From NCBI GenBank assembly GCA_963795855.1, contig CAWCIZ010000002.1, positions 544,001 through 608,000 of the forward strand: a stretch of DNA of 64,000 nt. Reading direction: 5' to 3'. Every line of letters begins with the position of its first letter. Position 1 is the stretch's first letter. The position numbers and the translations under genes were made by a program. Shown one piece after another: positions 49,585-61,541 of the stretch. This stretch comes from Vulcanimicrobiota bacterium (GTDB taxonomy: Bacteria > Vulcanimicrobiota > Vulcanimicrobiia > Vulcanimicrobiales > Vulcanimicrobiaceae). Under the pieces are notes generated by a model. It was not told the origin of the DNA. It ran no database searches and saw nothing but the letters and a program-made list of their open reading frames with translations.

Positions 49585-50607
49585 ATGAATAGGTTCGAGT
49601 TCACCGTCTCGTCCGCAGCAGCGGTTGCCGCAATGGTGTCACCGATTCAGGCTGCCGCAAATCCGCCGGCTAGGCCGGCGTTTCGATTTCGCAGCGGCTT
49701 CTGGCAGAATTTACACCATACGCTGTACTATCAGGCGCAGGTGCTCGAAACGATCTACGGTGCCGGCGTCGGGCAGCTTGCGCCCATCGATCGTGCCGCC
49801 GATCGAGACTTCCTGACGGCTACCAACGCAAACGAAGATCTTTGGTTTCGCGCCATACGCATCTACCACGACCACTACGCCTCGATGAGTTTCGTTTTCG
49901 ACCAGACGCTTATGAACGCCGACAACGCCATTTCCGGGGACGAGGCGCAGCCATTACCGGCATCGCTTCCGGCGCCGATGCGCGAAGCGCTCCGCATCGC
50001 CGCGCCCGTTTACAGGAACGCGCTATGGAAAACGCACGACGCATCCAACCGCGCCTTCATCGATCGGCTCAGCGCCCTCGTCACGCGATATCATGCCGGC
50101 CTATCCGCGCGTTTGGCTCGTATTTATGCAGCGCAGTGGCTCGCGCAGCCCTACGTCGTGGATGTCGTGCAGTACGCGCAGTGGAACGGCTCCTACTCCA
50201 ATAACGCGGGCGATTTCGTGCACATCGTTATGTCGGCGCAAGATCCATCGGAACGCGGTATGGGTTCGCTCGACATGCTGTTTCACGAAGCGTCACACTC
50301 GGTCGCCGATCCGCAGCACGGAACGATCGGAGGCCCGATAACGGCTGCAGCAGCGAAACTGAACCGGCCGGTGCCCGACCAGTTTTGGCATGCGGTCATC
50401 ATGTACGCGCCCGGAAAAACAGTGGAAGACCTCGCGAAAACATCGAACGAAAAGTACACGATGGTGTGGATGCAGCCGGGACTCTTCGGCGGCTCCTGGC
50501 GCCGGTATTACGACGCTTTGCAGACGCACTTCTATCGGTACATGCAGGGAACAGGAACGCTCGATTCCGCACTGGCCGCGTGCGTCAGGGAGATTGTGAG
50601 TCTATGA
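49585..50607 (+). CDS. Secreted hypothetical protein with HExxH motif
   Basis: Signal-like N-terminus; FWQNLHH; MLFHEASH. Confidence 0.65.
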   Translation: MNRFEFTVSSAAAVAAMVSPIQAAANPPARPAFRFRSGFWQNLHHTLYYQAQVLETIYGAGVGQLAPIDRAADRDFLTATNANEDLWFRAIRIYHDHYASMSFVFDQTLMNADNAISGDEAQPLPASLPAPMREALRIAAPVYRNALWKTHDASNRAFIDRLSALVTRYHAGLSARLARIYAAQWLAQPYVVDVVQYAQWNGSYSNNAGDFVHIVMSAQDPSERGMGSLDMLFHEASHSVADPQHGTIGGPITAAAAKLNRPVPDQFWHAVIMYAPGKTVEDLAKTSNEKYTMVWMQPGLFGGSWRRYYDALQTHFYRYMQGTGTLDSALAACVREIVSL

Positions 50608-51050
50608 TTCGGCGAATTGCCGCGCCCACGTCTCCCCCGCCGCCAAAGTACACAACCTCCCAGTAGTTGTCTTCCGGATCCGCAAAATATGCGGATCGGC
50701 CATCGAAAAGCGTTGCCTCCACGGGTTCTTTCGTAATGCGGCCTCCGCCCGAACGAATCTTCGCGATCGCCGAATCGACCTGTTCTCGGGAATCGACATT
50801 CATTGCGAGGGTAAACCCGCGCATTCCGGTTCCCGGCGAGTTCGCTTTGAGCTCGAGCATCCGCTTCGAGCGCGCTTAGCTCGAAGACGGCGAGCAACGC
50901 GCCCAGCGTTTGAAATACGACGAAGTCTTCAGAATCCACGAGCAGCGGCCAACCAAGGCCGGCGTAGAAGTCGCGTAGTTTCTTCACGCTACGCGCGCCA
51001 AGCGTTATTACGGTCATGCGCGGCGGCACGCCGCGGTCTTCAGATGACAT
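50585..51050 (-). CDS. VOC-family protein, frameshifted near 50854
   Basis: ITLGARSVKKLRDFYAGLGW joins FTLAMNV...YFADPEDNYWEV. Confidence 0.85.
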
Positions 51051-51269
51051 AGCGCCCTTCTATTGCGCCTCCGCGCTAGGTAGAAGTTCGACGAATGGAG
51101 CCGAAGAACATGGGAGCGCGCGCATAACCAACAGGCGCTAGGAACGGCAAGCCGGGAAACCTAAAGCGGCAGAGGAGCCGGTTGCGCGCATGATGATGAG
51201 TGAATTGGCAAAGAAGTGGGAGACGCAATTGACGCCCGTGCCAGAAGCATACTGGTTCGTCTCCTAGTG

Positions 51270-51906
51270 ATGGGCAAGAATTTAAGGGGTAGATCGACGA
51301 AGCCGCTCGACGCCGCGCAGACGCGGGATCGTTTGCTTAAAGCCGCATTTCGGGAGGTTTACAAAGTCGGCTTTCAGAGCGCCGGCATCGATACGATCTT
51401 GGCCGCGGCTAATTTAACCAAGGGAGCATTTTACCACCATTTTGAAAGCAAAGATGCCCTTGGGCTCGCGATTATTGAAGAGATCGTCTCAGGAGCTCAC
51501 TCGCGATCGATGGGTAGTTCCGCTTGAAAAGAATCGGGATAAGGACCCGATCGATTTGTTGGCCGGCATCGTCACAGCATTGCCGGCTCGGAAGAAAAAC
51601 GTAAACGGCGGATGTCCATTAGTCACTCTTGCGCAAGAGATGTCGCTTCTCGATGAACAATTCCGCACGCGACTACAGAGAATTTTCCGCTCTTGGCAAG
51701 ACGAAGTTGCCGCGACTTTGCGGAGAGGGCAGTCCGATGGCACAGTCCGCAGAAACTTGAATCCGGAGAAAACAGCGAGTTTCTTGATTGCGATGGTCGA
51801 AGGTTACGCAGTCTTAGCAAAGAACGCGCAAGACACGGAAGTGTGGAAGATAGGGATTGCAAATATTGTGAGCTGGCTGTACTCTCTTCGCACGCCGCGC
51901 ACGTAG
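51270..51906 (+). CDS. TetR-family regulator, frameshifted near 51493
   Basis: LTKGAFYHHFESK HTH; GCPLVTLAQE C-terminal domain. Confidence 0.85.
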
Positions 51907-51920
51907 TTAAACCTAATGAG

Positions 51921-52780
51921 TTATAAACGGTCCCGGATGATCGTGGGCGATTTTCCAGTGAATCGCCGGACGCATCGCGCCATATGACTCTGGTTGGCGA
52001 AACCGGCCTGAGCGGCGACCTCTCCTAAGGGAAGGCGACTTAGCGCGATGAGGTTCACGGCCAGATCCACTCGCGCTCGCATCACATATCCATGCACCGG
52101 GACACCCATTGATTCTTTAAAGAGCAGATTGAAGTGCGAGGGACTTAACGCGGCGAGCGCGGCGAGTTCGATAATCGAAAGATCCGCACCCAAATGCTCA
52201 TGGATATAGTCGATGGCGCATTGAATGCGCCGCTTTGGAAGCGTACGCAGCGCTGGCGGCGATCCTTTATTTCTGTACCGGCGAAGTAATTGCGTGCACA
52301 GCGCTAAACCGAGACTTTCAGCGTAAAGGCGCCCAAAGGGCTGCTCCTCCTCCAACTCGGCTTTGAGCGCCCAACTGATGTGCTCGATGCGCAAATCGCG
52401 CACGTGGAGTGCGGCTCCGCATGGTTGGCCTGCGCGTCAATCCCGTTTTCCGCAGACGACATCAGCGAGGGGTGTAGCCGCACGGTCAAAATAGTTGCGG
52501 GACTTTCATCTTGCCACGCAGCGGACACGTTTGCAGGCATGACATCGAGATCGCCTGCGGTCTGCAACCGCGACAATAACCGGCCGTTACAGCGACAAGT
52601 ACTTTGAACCGGCGCACCCAAATGCATGCACACGAGGTGATCGACCGAAGGAGCCAATTGCCTAAAACCTGGAGCGGTATCACAAATGAACGCTTCAAGA
52701 CCAGACCAGCCGCGGTCTTCACTGCCGACGCGAACGACGGTTTCGTGTCCCTGCTCGACCTGTTCGGATTTGAGTTCCAT
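51921..52780 (-). CDS. AraC-family regulator, frameshifted near 52409
   Basis: GWSGL N-domain; LSPSHFNLLFKESMG...GFANQSHM HTH. Confidence 0.88.
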
Positions 52781-52971
52781 CGTGCATGAGAACTATCGCT
52801 GCGAAGGACCCCGGTGTGACCGTCTCCATACAGACCGGTTGGTATGTGCTTCTTTGTGACCCGAATGTGTTTCTAATCGGCCGAATAGACGCGACTGCCA
52901 ATCCTGCTGTGATGTATTTTTGACTAAGGTTCCTCTGCGACGCAGTGGAGCCACAGACAAAGGAGAGAACC

Positions 52972-55900
52972 ATGCTAAGAGTTCGATTTCGGCATGCGTT
53001 CACGGCTTTGGCTTTACTCGGTTCGATGCTGGTCCAGGAAACATGGGCACTGGCAGGCACGACCGGCGGAATCCAAGGTAACGTGACGGATGCCTCGACC
53101 GGAGTTCCTATTGCAGGAGCGATGGTAACGGCCGTGTCTCCGTCGCAGCGTGCAAACACGACGACGGACAATACAGGTCACTACGTGTTTCTGGCGCTGG
53201 ATCCGGACACGTACACCCTGTCAACAGAAAAGAGCGGCTATCAAGCCGCGTCACAAGCCGGCGCCACGGTCTTTGCCGACCAGGTCGCCACGCAAAACTT
53301 TCGCATACACCCCGGATTGCGCACCATTGCTCAAGTGACGTCTCGGGCAGCCGGCAACCTCGTCAAGCCGGGGGTGACCGCCGACGTTTACAGCGTCAAC
53401 TCGACAGCGGCCGCTGCGGCTGCGCCGTTGGGCGGCGGCGGCAACCTCGACAGCGCGTACTCGGCAATGTCGTCGGTTCCCGGTCTGAACGTCCCAATCG
53501 GCGGGACCGGCTGGAACAACAACACCGCGCCGTACATTCACGGCCAGGATTACTACTTTACGGCGTTCGAGTATGACGGCGTTCCGGTCAACCGCGCTTT
53601 CGACAACTACAACGCCTCAACCGAATCGAGTCTCGGCCTGCAAGAGACTGCAGGTCTACACCGGCGGTGGTCCGGCTTCGAATTCATCTGCCGGAACGTC
53701 AGGGTTCGTAAACCAAGTCATCAAAACCGGAACGTTTCCCGGTTTTGGAACGCTGGACGGAAGTTTGGGCGGACCGCAGTACTACCACCAAGCAAAAGTC
53801 GAAGCAGGCGGCGCATCGCCGAACCGCGACTTCAGTTATTACGTAGGCCTGAGCGGTTACGACCAAGGCTTCAACTACTACGACCACAGCAACGGCGCAT
53901 CGCTGTTCCAGCTCGGCGGAACCTATGATTTTGCGGGGCAGTTCGGCGTGCTGCCGAACCTGAACAGCGTCACGGGCCGCGGCGTCTGGCCGGTCTGCAC
54001 GGGAGTTTCAGGTCTAACCTCGCCGATCGCCGGAACGCAACCGTTCCTGACAAACCCGGCGTGCTTCAACTACGATCCGGCCGCCGGATTGTACGGTGAC
54101 GTCGCATCGATCAGCGACCGGGAAAGCGTCGTCAATCTGCATTTCGGAATTCCGCACAAGAACGGGATGCGGGACGATCTCCAGCTTCTCTGGGGTGCGT
54201 CGTCCATAAACACGGCCGAATACACCAGCCCGAATGATGCCGGCGGCCCCGAGCAGTATTGGGCGGCCGTTACGGGCGGTTTCAACCCGTTAGCGGGCAC
54301 CTTGGGCAATACGTATTGTCCGGCCAGCGGCTCCTACAACGGCGCGGCATGCACGCCGACGCCGGGTATCTCGTACCCGAGCTACATCGATAATCCCAAT
54401 ACATACAATCTGCCGTTCGGAACGCCGATTCAACCTAACGGCGTCCCATTGCCCACGCAACGCTATCTGCAGCCATCCAGCCAGCAGAATCGGCAAACGT
54501 TGGCGCAAGTGCCGAACGATCTGCGTGATACCATTTTCAACGACACCGGCGTGACGAAGATCCAATACACCCATTCGCTGGGCTCGAACGCGTACGTTCG
54601 GCTGTTCGGCTACACGTTCTTCTCCGATTGGACGCAAGCCGGCGCGAATGCGACCTTCAACGAATACCTTTACGGCATTGGTGGGCCGTTCACTCCGAAC
54701 GTTTCTGCCAACTACGATCTGATCACTCATACGGCCGGCGGCGAATTGCAGATCGCGGATCAGATCACGGCCAAACACCTAGTGCAGTTTACCGCCAACT
54801 ACACCACGGCCGGCGTGACCAGATTCAATAACACCGGGTTTATCGGCGATTTTGGAAATGGCGGATCACCGGTCGGCTATCTGGCTTACCAGAATGGCCA
54901 GTACACCTGTTACGACCCCGCCACGGGGCAGCCATCGAGCTGCTTCGGCGGCGCGGCGCGCAGCGTTGCTGGTGCGGGACCATATCCAGTCGCTGCGGCG
55001 GGAACTCCGGCAGCCCTCGCCGGTGCGCAGTGGGTGACGCTGCAAAACGGCTCTACCTATGGAACGTTCAATACGGTCAAACCGAAGTTCACGTTCATGT
55101 CGCTTACGGATGATTGGCGTCCGAGCGATAAGCTCGACTTCAACATCGGGCTGCGCTTCGACAACTACCTGTACGATCTCGCACCGGTGACACCGGGAAC
55201 GCAGTTCTATGCACAGCGAATCGAACAACAGGTATGCCAAAACAGCGCAGGTCAGATCTACACCGCCGTGTTGAAGTCGGGGCAAGCGCCGCCCGCGCCG
55301 GTTATCTACACCACGACTTGCCCAGCCGGATTCTTCCATCCGGCATTCAGTGCGAGTTCGCCGAGTTCGTACAAGTTGGGCGATCTGGCGCCGCGCGCAT
55401 CGTTCACTTACACCCTCGATCCGCGCACGGTGATTCGCGGCGAGATCGGGCGTTACACACAGCCGCCGATCTCCGCCTCGTTGCAGTACCTGAACAGCTC
55501 GGGCAACGCGCTAACGGTCTGGAACGCCGGTCTTCCGCTTGGATTCCACAGCCCGTTCCATCCGATTCCGGCGCAATCGGCTATCCAGACGGATCTGTCG
55601 CTCGAGCACCAGTTCAATGGAACGGACATCACGGCCAAGATTAGCCCGTTCTTTAACTACACGGCAGGGTATCAGCAGCAAAGCTTCATCGGTCCGAATT
55701 TCGTGACGCAAGTCCCGGCCGGACAGTTCCGAAGCTACGGTGTCGAAATGGCACTGAGCAAGGGCGACTTCAACCGTGAAGGTCTTTCCGGAGTCCTGGC
55801 CTTGACGTACACGAATGCAGCCATCCAATTCCAAAACAAGTACTTCGGAAACAACCAGGTCAACGCGATGGACTATGCAATTCAGCAGTTCAACGCGCTG

Positions 55901-56755
55901 ACGAAGGCCGGCGGCGGTTCGGCATGCTACACCGCATCGAACGGGTCGGCACCCGGGACGCCAACATCCTGCGGCACGGCCGGGGCAATTGCCAATCCGT
56001 ACTACGGCATGGCGCTGCAGCCGCAAATCGATCCCAACGGTTGGTATCCACCGTTCGGCGTAGGACTTTCTCCAACGAACAACACGCTTTCAGCGACAGA
56101 CGGAGACGCGCCGTTCGTGACCTCGCTGATCCTCAACTACAAGCATCAACGGTGGGCCATTACGCCGAGCTTCCAGCTTTCCGAGGGTTCGACGTACGGC
56201 AATCCGTTCGACGTTGCGGGGTACGACCCGCGCGCTTGCACGCAAAACTCGGCCGCGGCCGGCATCACGGCGGTGTCGCCGCAAACGAATGCCAATCAGT
56301 GCAACGTCCTGAGCGTCTTCACCGGAAACGCAACAGTGGGTGCGGTAGCAGGTCAATTCTTCGTCCCGAACCTGCAGACAGGGAAGTTCGCGAGCATCGG
56401 ACAGTTCCGCGATCCATGGATAGCGCTCGCCAACATGCAACTGCGCTATGACGTCTCGCCGAAACTGACGGCTCTCGTGACGCTCTCCAATCTGTGGCAC
56501 ACGTGCTTCGGCGGTTCGAGCGAACCGTGGACGAAGGCGTATGCACCGGGTCCGAACGTTTGCGGCTATAATGCGAACGGCTTCTACGTCAGCAATTACT
56601 ACAACGGAACCAGTCCCACTGACGCAGCGGCAAACGGCGTGCCCGCACAGAAGTGGCTCCAGCAATCCTATCTGCCGAGCGGGATAGGCGGTTCGATCGG
56701 ATCGGGTCTGCCGTTCCCGTTCAACGCCTACTTCCAGCTGCAAGTCAAACTGTAA
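52972..56755 (+). CDS. Large TonB-dependent receptor, frameshifted near 53647
   Basis: Signal peptide, GTTGGIQG carboxypeptidase-regulatory-like domain, plug (EYDGVPVNR), GLRFD, APRASFTY, C-terminal AYFQLQVKL. Confidence 0.85.
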
Positions 56756-56787
56756 CCGCTAACCCTGATCTCCCTGACGGCCGGATA

Positions 56788-56817
56788 GAGAGGCGCACCG
56801 TCCGCGGTGCGCCTCTC
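56788..56817. terminator. Perfect 13-bp hairpin between convergent genes
   Basis: GAGAGGCGCACCG-TCCG-CGGTGCGCCTCTC; no clear U-tract. Confidence 0.65.
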
Positions 56818-56834
56818 CCGAGAGCAATGCGGGA

Positions 56835-59800
56835 TCACATGCCGGCGGCTGCTCTTATCCGTGCGATTCCCGCGTCGGCTTGCGCCTCGAGTTGCTTTGC
56901 CGCATCTATTTCCGCGGCGGTTGGAGCCGAATACGAAAGATCGAGCGAGTTCATCAGCATCGCGAGGTGGTCGCGAAGCTTGGATGGGAACATGACGTCC
57001 GCCTCGCTCGAACGATAGATCGGTTGGTATACCGATGTGACGGCATTTTCGATCGCGGAGCGCTTGGCGGTGGAGGACGACGCCGCCTTGCTCTGCGCGG
57101 CGTTGACCGCCGTGTCCATTTCGTCGATCTTGTTCGAAAGCTCCATGGCGAGCGACAAACGCGACGCCAACGCATCCGCCGGCGGATTGAAGCGCGGATC
57201 GAGTTGAATCTTCAGCGGCGCCTTGCTGACGCGGCCGCCGTAATTCAACACGACCGTATAATCGCCGGGAAGCGCCGTCGGACCCAGCAAGTCGTCGCGG
57301 AAGTCATCCGTGGGAACGATGTGCTGACCAACGATTTCCGCAGCCGGCGCGTAACGCAGATCCCAGAGGAATTTGTTCATCCCGGGTTCGACGGCGGTTT
57401 CTTGCGAGAGACGATAATTCGCTACGCTGATTGCATCCATTGCCGTCAGCTGCCAGCCCTCGTATTTCTTCGCCTTCTTATTCTTTAGATGCAACGTAAA
57501 CGTTCGAATCGTTTTGCCGCTTGCGTCTTGGAATGAAAGCGTGGCCGGCGTGCGTCCGTTGTAATTAGACGGGAGATTGAAGAAAACGCTCGCGCCGTAG
57601 TCGGGGTTTTCGCCCGCCGGACCGAAGGCGCCGCCGCCATATGCATGCGTCAGCCATGCCGTTTCCGGTTGGAATACTTGCGCGGTCGCCGTAGAGGGCG
57701 ACGATTCGCGCGCGATGTCTTCGATCTGCTGAAGGTCGTCGAGCGCCCAGAACGAGCGCCCATGCGTTGCAATCGCGACTTCGCCTTCACGAGCATTGAT
57801 TGCGACATCGCGGACCTCGACAGGCGGCAGATTCAACGCCAGCGATTGCCACGAATCTCCCCCGTTGAGGCTCACGTACACGCGGCTGCGCGTTCCGGCG
57901 AACATCACGCGCGGCTCGCGCGGGTCGATACGCACCGCGTAAACGGATTGGTCGGACGGAATGCCGTTCGTCATCGACGTCCAGCTGGCGCCGCAATCCG
58001 TCGTTTTGAAGACGTACGGACGCATATCGTCCCACATGTAACGCGACGCCGTCATCCACACGGTGCACGGCTGCGTTTGCGAGGGTTCGAAGCTCGTAAT
58101 CCGAGACCACGTCGAGCCCATTTGTTTCGGCGTTACGTTTTTCCACGTCGTGCCGCCGTTTTGCGTCACGTGAACGAGTCCGTCGGCCGAACCCGCCCAA
58201 ATGAGATCTTTGTTGACGGGCGAGAAGCCGAGCGATGCGATGTCGGGATAGGTCTCGGCGCCGGTTTGATCCCAATACACGTCGCCTCCGCTCGGACCTT
58301 CGGTGGACTTGTCGTTGCGGGTCAAATCGGGGCTGATCACTTTCCACGTGCGTCCGTAATCGTCGCTGCGGAAAACGACCTGAGCCGTCTCGAACAGCGT
58401 ATGCGGTTCGGCCGGGGAGAACATGATGGGGTGCGTCCAGCTGAAGCGATATTTCTGGTCGCTGGCCTGATGTCCCGGAAGATAGAGCGCCCACGGCGAG
58501 ACGTTCTTTACGTCGCCGGTCGCCGTATCCATACGCGCGAGCAGGCTGTAATATCCGGCGCCGTACGTGACTTTGGGATTGTTCGGATCGACCGCAACGT
58601 ACGTGCTCTCGCCAAGCGCAACGCCGTGGACGACGTTGGCGCCGAGCCCTTCGTTCGATGCACTGGGAATTTCGAATGCGCCGGCGTCCTGCATCGCGCC
58701 ATACATGTGATACGGGAATTGCCCGTCGAGCACGATGTGATAGAACTGCGAGAGCGGTTGATTCTGCGTCGTGCTGAACGTTTTTCCGCCGTCGACGGAG
58801 ACGTTCGCGCCGCCGTCATCGCCGATAATCAAAAGCCTGGGATTACGCGGATTGATCCAAATGATATGGTTGTCGCCTAAACCCGGTCCGAGGGGCTTCC
58901 ACGTGTGCCCGCCGTCGGTCGTTTTGAAGACGCTATCCACGTTCGGCGCGTATGCAACCTTCCAATTCGTCGGGTCGACGTAAATTGCCATGTAATAAAA
59001 CGCGCGCTGCCGCAGCTTCCATTCGTCGTTGACGCGCGACCACGTTGCGCCGCCATTGTCGGAACGGAATACGCCGCCGTCGCGCGCTTGCACGATCGCG
59101 TAGACGACGTTCGAATTGTTGGGAGCAACCGCCACGCCCATTTTGCCGAGCAGGCCCTTTGCGAAGCCGGGGTTACTCGAAATCTTCTTCCACGTTTTAC
59201 CGGCATCGGTCGTCTTGTAGATCGCGCTGCCGGGACCGCCGCTCTTGAGCGCCCATTCCGTTCGCTGCGCTTGCCACATCGTTGCGTACAAGACGTTCGG
59301 ATTCTTCGCGTCCATGACGACATTGTTTGCGCCGGTGTTGTCGTCGACGAAGAGCACCTTGGTCCACGTCTTGCCGCCGTCGGTCGTTTTGTAGATGCCG
59401 CGATCCGGGTTCGGTTTGAAGACGTGACCCAACGAACTCGCATAGGCAACGTCGGGGTTATGCGGATCGATGACGATCGTACCGATTTGCCGCGTTTCGC
59501 GCAGCCCCGCGTATTTCCACGTTTTCCCGGCGTCGGTCGATTTATATATGCCTTCGCCGTTGGCCCAGTCACCGCGAATGTCGCTTTCGCCCGTACCGAC
59601 GTAAATGATTTTCGAATTCGACGGAGCCACGGCAATCGCGCCGATGCTATGCGAAACGGTGCCCATTTTACCGTCGGTGATGTTATCCCAAGAGTTGCCG
59701 TAATTTTCGCTCTTCCAGACGCCGCCCTGAACGCCGCCCATATAAAAGAGATTCGGTTGGTCGGGTACGCCTGCGACCGCAACGACGCGGCCGCCGATGT

Positions 59801-59927
59801 ATGGCCCGACGAGACGCCACTCCATCTTGCTCAGCAGCTTTTGCGATGCGGAGCCGGACGCGGCGGGAACAGCACTTGGAGCCAGGGCAAAAGCCGCGGC
59901 GAGCAGGGTAGCAACGATGCGCTTCAT
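56835..59927 (-). CDS. Secreted VPS10/sortilin-like BNR-repeat beta-propeller (glycosyl hydrolase-like)
   Basis: WRLVGPYIGGR; multiple S/TxDxGxTW Asp-boxes; ATHGRSFW. Confidence 0.88.
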   Translation of the reverse strand: MKRIVATLLAAAFALAPSAVPAASGSASQKLLSKMEWRLVGPYIGGRVVAVAGVPDQPNLFYMGGVQGGVWKSENYGNSWDNITDGKMGTVSHSIGAIAVAPSNSKIIYVGTGESDIRGDWANGEGIYKSTDAGKTWKYAGLRETRQIGTIVIDPHNPDVAYASSLGHVFKPNPDRGIYKTTDGGKTWTKVLFVDDNTGANNVVMDAKNPNVLYATMWQAQRTEWALKSGGPGSAIYKTTDAGKTWKKISSNPGFAKGLLGKMGVAVAPNNSNVVYAIVQARDGGVFRSDNGGATWSRVNDEWKLRQRAFYYMAIYVDPTNWKVAYAPNVDSVFKTTDGGHTWKPLGPGLGDNHIIWINPRNPRLLIIGDDGGANVSVDGGKTFSTTQNQPLSQFYHIVLDGQFPYHMYGAMQDAGAFEIPSASNEGLGANVVHGVALGESTYVAVDPNNPKVTYGAGYYSLLARMDTATGDVKNVSPWALYLPGHQASDQKYRFSWTHPIMFSPAEPHTLFETAQVVFRSDDYGRTWKVISPDLTRNDKSTEGPSGGDVYWDQTGAETYPDIASLGFSPVNKDLIWAGSADGLVHVTQNGGTTWKNVTPKQMGSTWSRITSFEPSQTQPCTVWMTASRYMWDDMRPYVFKTTDCGASWTSMTNGIPSDQSVYAVRIDPREPRVMFAGTRSRVYVSLNGGDSWQSLALNLPPVEVRDVAINAREGEVAIATHGRSFWALDDLQQIEDIARESSPSTATAQVFQPETAWLTHAYGGGAFGPAGENPDYGASVFFNLPSNYNGRTPATLSFQDASGKTIRTFTLHLKNKKAKKYEGWQLTAMDAISVANYRLSQETAVEPGMNKFLWDLRYAPAAEIVGQHIVPTDDFRDDLLGPTALPGDYTVVLNYGGRVSKAPLKIQLDPRFNPPADALASRLSLAMELSNKIDEMDTAVNAAQSKAASSSTAKRSAIENAVTSVYQPIYRSSEADVMFPSKLRDHLAMLMNSLDLSYSAPTAAEIDAAKQLEAQADAGIARIRAAAGM

Positions 59928-60135
59928 TCAGGCGCTATACCGCTGCTTTTTGCCGGTTCCTTTCGGCGGCAGGTCAACGACGTGGCACAGACGTGCGCGC
60001 TACGGAGCGCCGCTGCAGACTATCCTGTAGTCATATGTGGCGGCGGTTCGATCGTGCTTGTAATGCGGCATCGCCGTGCTGAGGCATCGCAGAGGTTGAT
60101 GCCGAATGGCTGCCCCAGCCATCCGGGAGGAACCG

Positions 60136-60693
60136 ATGAACCTCGAAATTTGGAGCATCCTCGTCAGTGCGGGGACGTTCGTCGTCATCGCTGCCACTGC
60201 AATTGCGGCGCTCGTGCAATTGCGTCATATGCGCGCCGGCAATCGACTCACCGGATTGCTTGACGTCCTGAGCCGCGTCGAATCCCCAATGTTCAACGTG
60301 TATACGGATAAAGCCAAGCACATGCTGGAGCAAAGTCTTTCTTCGCAAGTCTATCGCGAGGCCATCGAAAGCGGCGATTTCCCGCGTGAAGACAATGCTT
60401 GGCTGAATCTTGCAAACTCGTACGAATGGGTCGGCAGTTTGGTGAAGCACGGTTTGATTCCCGAGGAGCCTTTCATGGATGTGTACTCCTCACGATTGAT
60501 TCGGGCATGGTCGATCGTCGAGCCGGTCATCGCCATAGCGCGGCGGCCGGGAGATCAGTCTCTTTGGGAAAATTTCGAGTTTCTCGTCGTTCGCGCTCAC
60601 GATTGGGAGCGCTCGTTCCCGAACGGGGCATATCCACGCGGCTTGCGGCGCTTGAAGATCGTCGATGAGTGGGCGCAGCACGATCGGGTGTGA
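60136..60693 (+). CDS. Hypothetical protein with N-terminal TM (DUF4760-like)
   Basis: GGAGG SD; TAIAALVQLRHMR; YEWVGSLVKHG; WENFEFL. Confidence 0.65.
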   Translation: MNLEIWSILVSAGTFVVIAATAIAALVQLRHMRAGNRLTGLLDVLSRVESPMFNVYTDKAKHMLEQSLSSQVYREAIESGDFPREDNAWLNLANSYEWVGSLVKHGLIPEEPFMDVYSSRLIRAWSIVEPVIAIARRPGDQSLWENFEFLVVRAHDWERSFPNGAYPRGLRRLKIVDEWAQHDRV

Positions 60694-60700
60694 TTGAATC

Positions 60701-61426
60701 TTATAGCGGCGGTCCCGGTGTGCCGTCCGACCATTTGCCGAGCGGCACGAAGAAGATCGTTTGCGGCTCAGGCCACAACTTGTGGGCGCTATCCATCACC
60801 ACCGGCGACGCGGGCAAGTTTGCTCCCCAACTTGCGCCCGCGTTTGAGCCGTCCGCTTTCGGTACGTGAAACATCAGGTGCGGATACCAATTGCGGACGG
60901 CATCGTTCAGGTACTGATGCTTCGACATCATGTACGACATCGATCCCGGTTCCGGCGTAGGCAGCCCGCCCTTCGCAACGATTGCGTTGAGGCGCGAGTA
61001 CATTTGCGATTTCGACAGCCCGGCGAGCACCAATTTCACGCGCGCGTAATCGTAACGGAGCACGGTTCTCGACGCCGGCGGATTGTAGCAAACAGCGCCG
61101 CGGCCTTTGGGATTCCAGAATTGCGGATCGTCGAACGCGGACATCCAGTCGCGTTCGACCAGGCACGTAAAGCCGTTGCTGCCGTCTACCGCCGTTACGT
61201 AACCGTGCGAGGTCAAGATCAATACACGCGCGTCTTTCGAAATGGAGCGAGGTGCTGCACTTCGCGCTAGTGCGATCTCGGCGTTCCTGACCATCATGTA
61301 CTGCGCCAGCGGCGCCATCCGCGCGTAGGTTTCGTGGCCTTTGCCGCGCGCCGGCAGGACGACGACCGCGGCGCATGCCAGGGCAATTGCGGGTAGCAGA
61401 AATCGCAGCAGTGCCATTCGCTTCAT
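60701..61426 (-). CDS. Secreted hypothetical protein
   Basis: Signal peptide; EIALARSAAP, GSNGFTCLVER, MSYMMS, WYPHLMF. Confidence 0.75.
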   Translation of the reverse strand: MKRMALLRFLLPAIALACAAVVVLPARGKGHETYARMAPLAQYMMVRNAEIALARSAAPRSISKDARVLILTSHGYVTAVDGSNGFTCLVERDWMSAFDDPQFWNPKGRGAVCYNPPASRTVLRYDYARVKLVLAGLSKSQMYSRLNAIVAKGGLPTPEPGSMSYMMSKHQYLNDAVRNWYPHLMFHVPKADGSNAGASWGANLPASPVVMDSAHKLWPEPQTIFFVPLGKWSDGTPGPPL

Positions 61427-61541
61427 ACAGCGCTCCAGTTATGTTTTAGGCAATCAGTCTTGTTTATAACCGGCTGCGCACCGGTGATGTGACGGTTCGG
61501 GCGGCAGCGGTGCTCGGCCGCGGCGCGTCGAAGCGGTTCCC

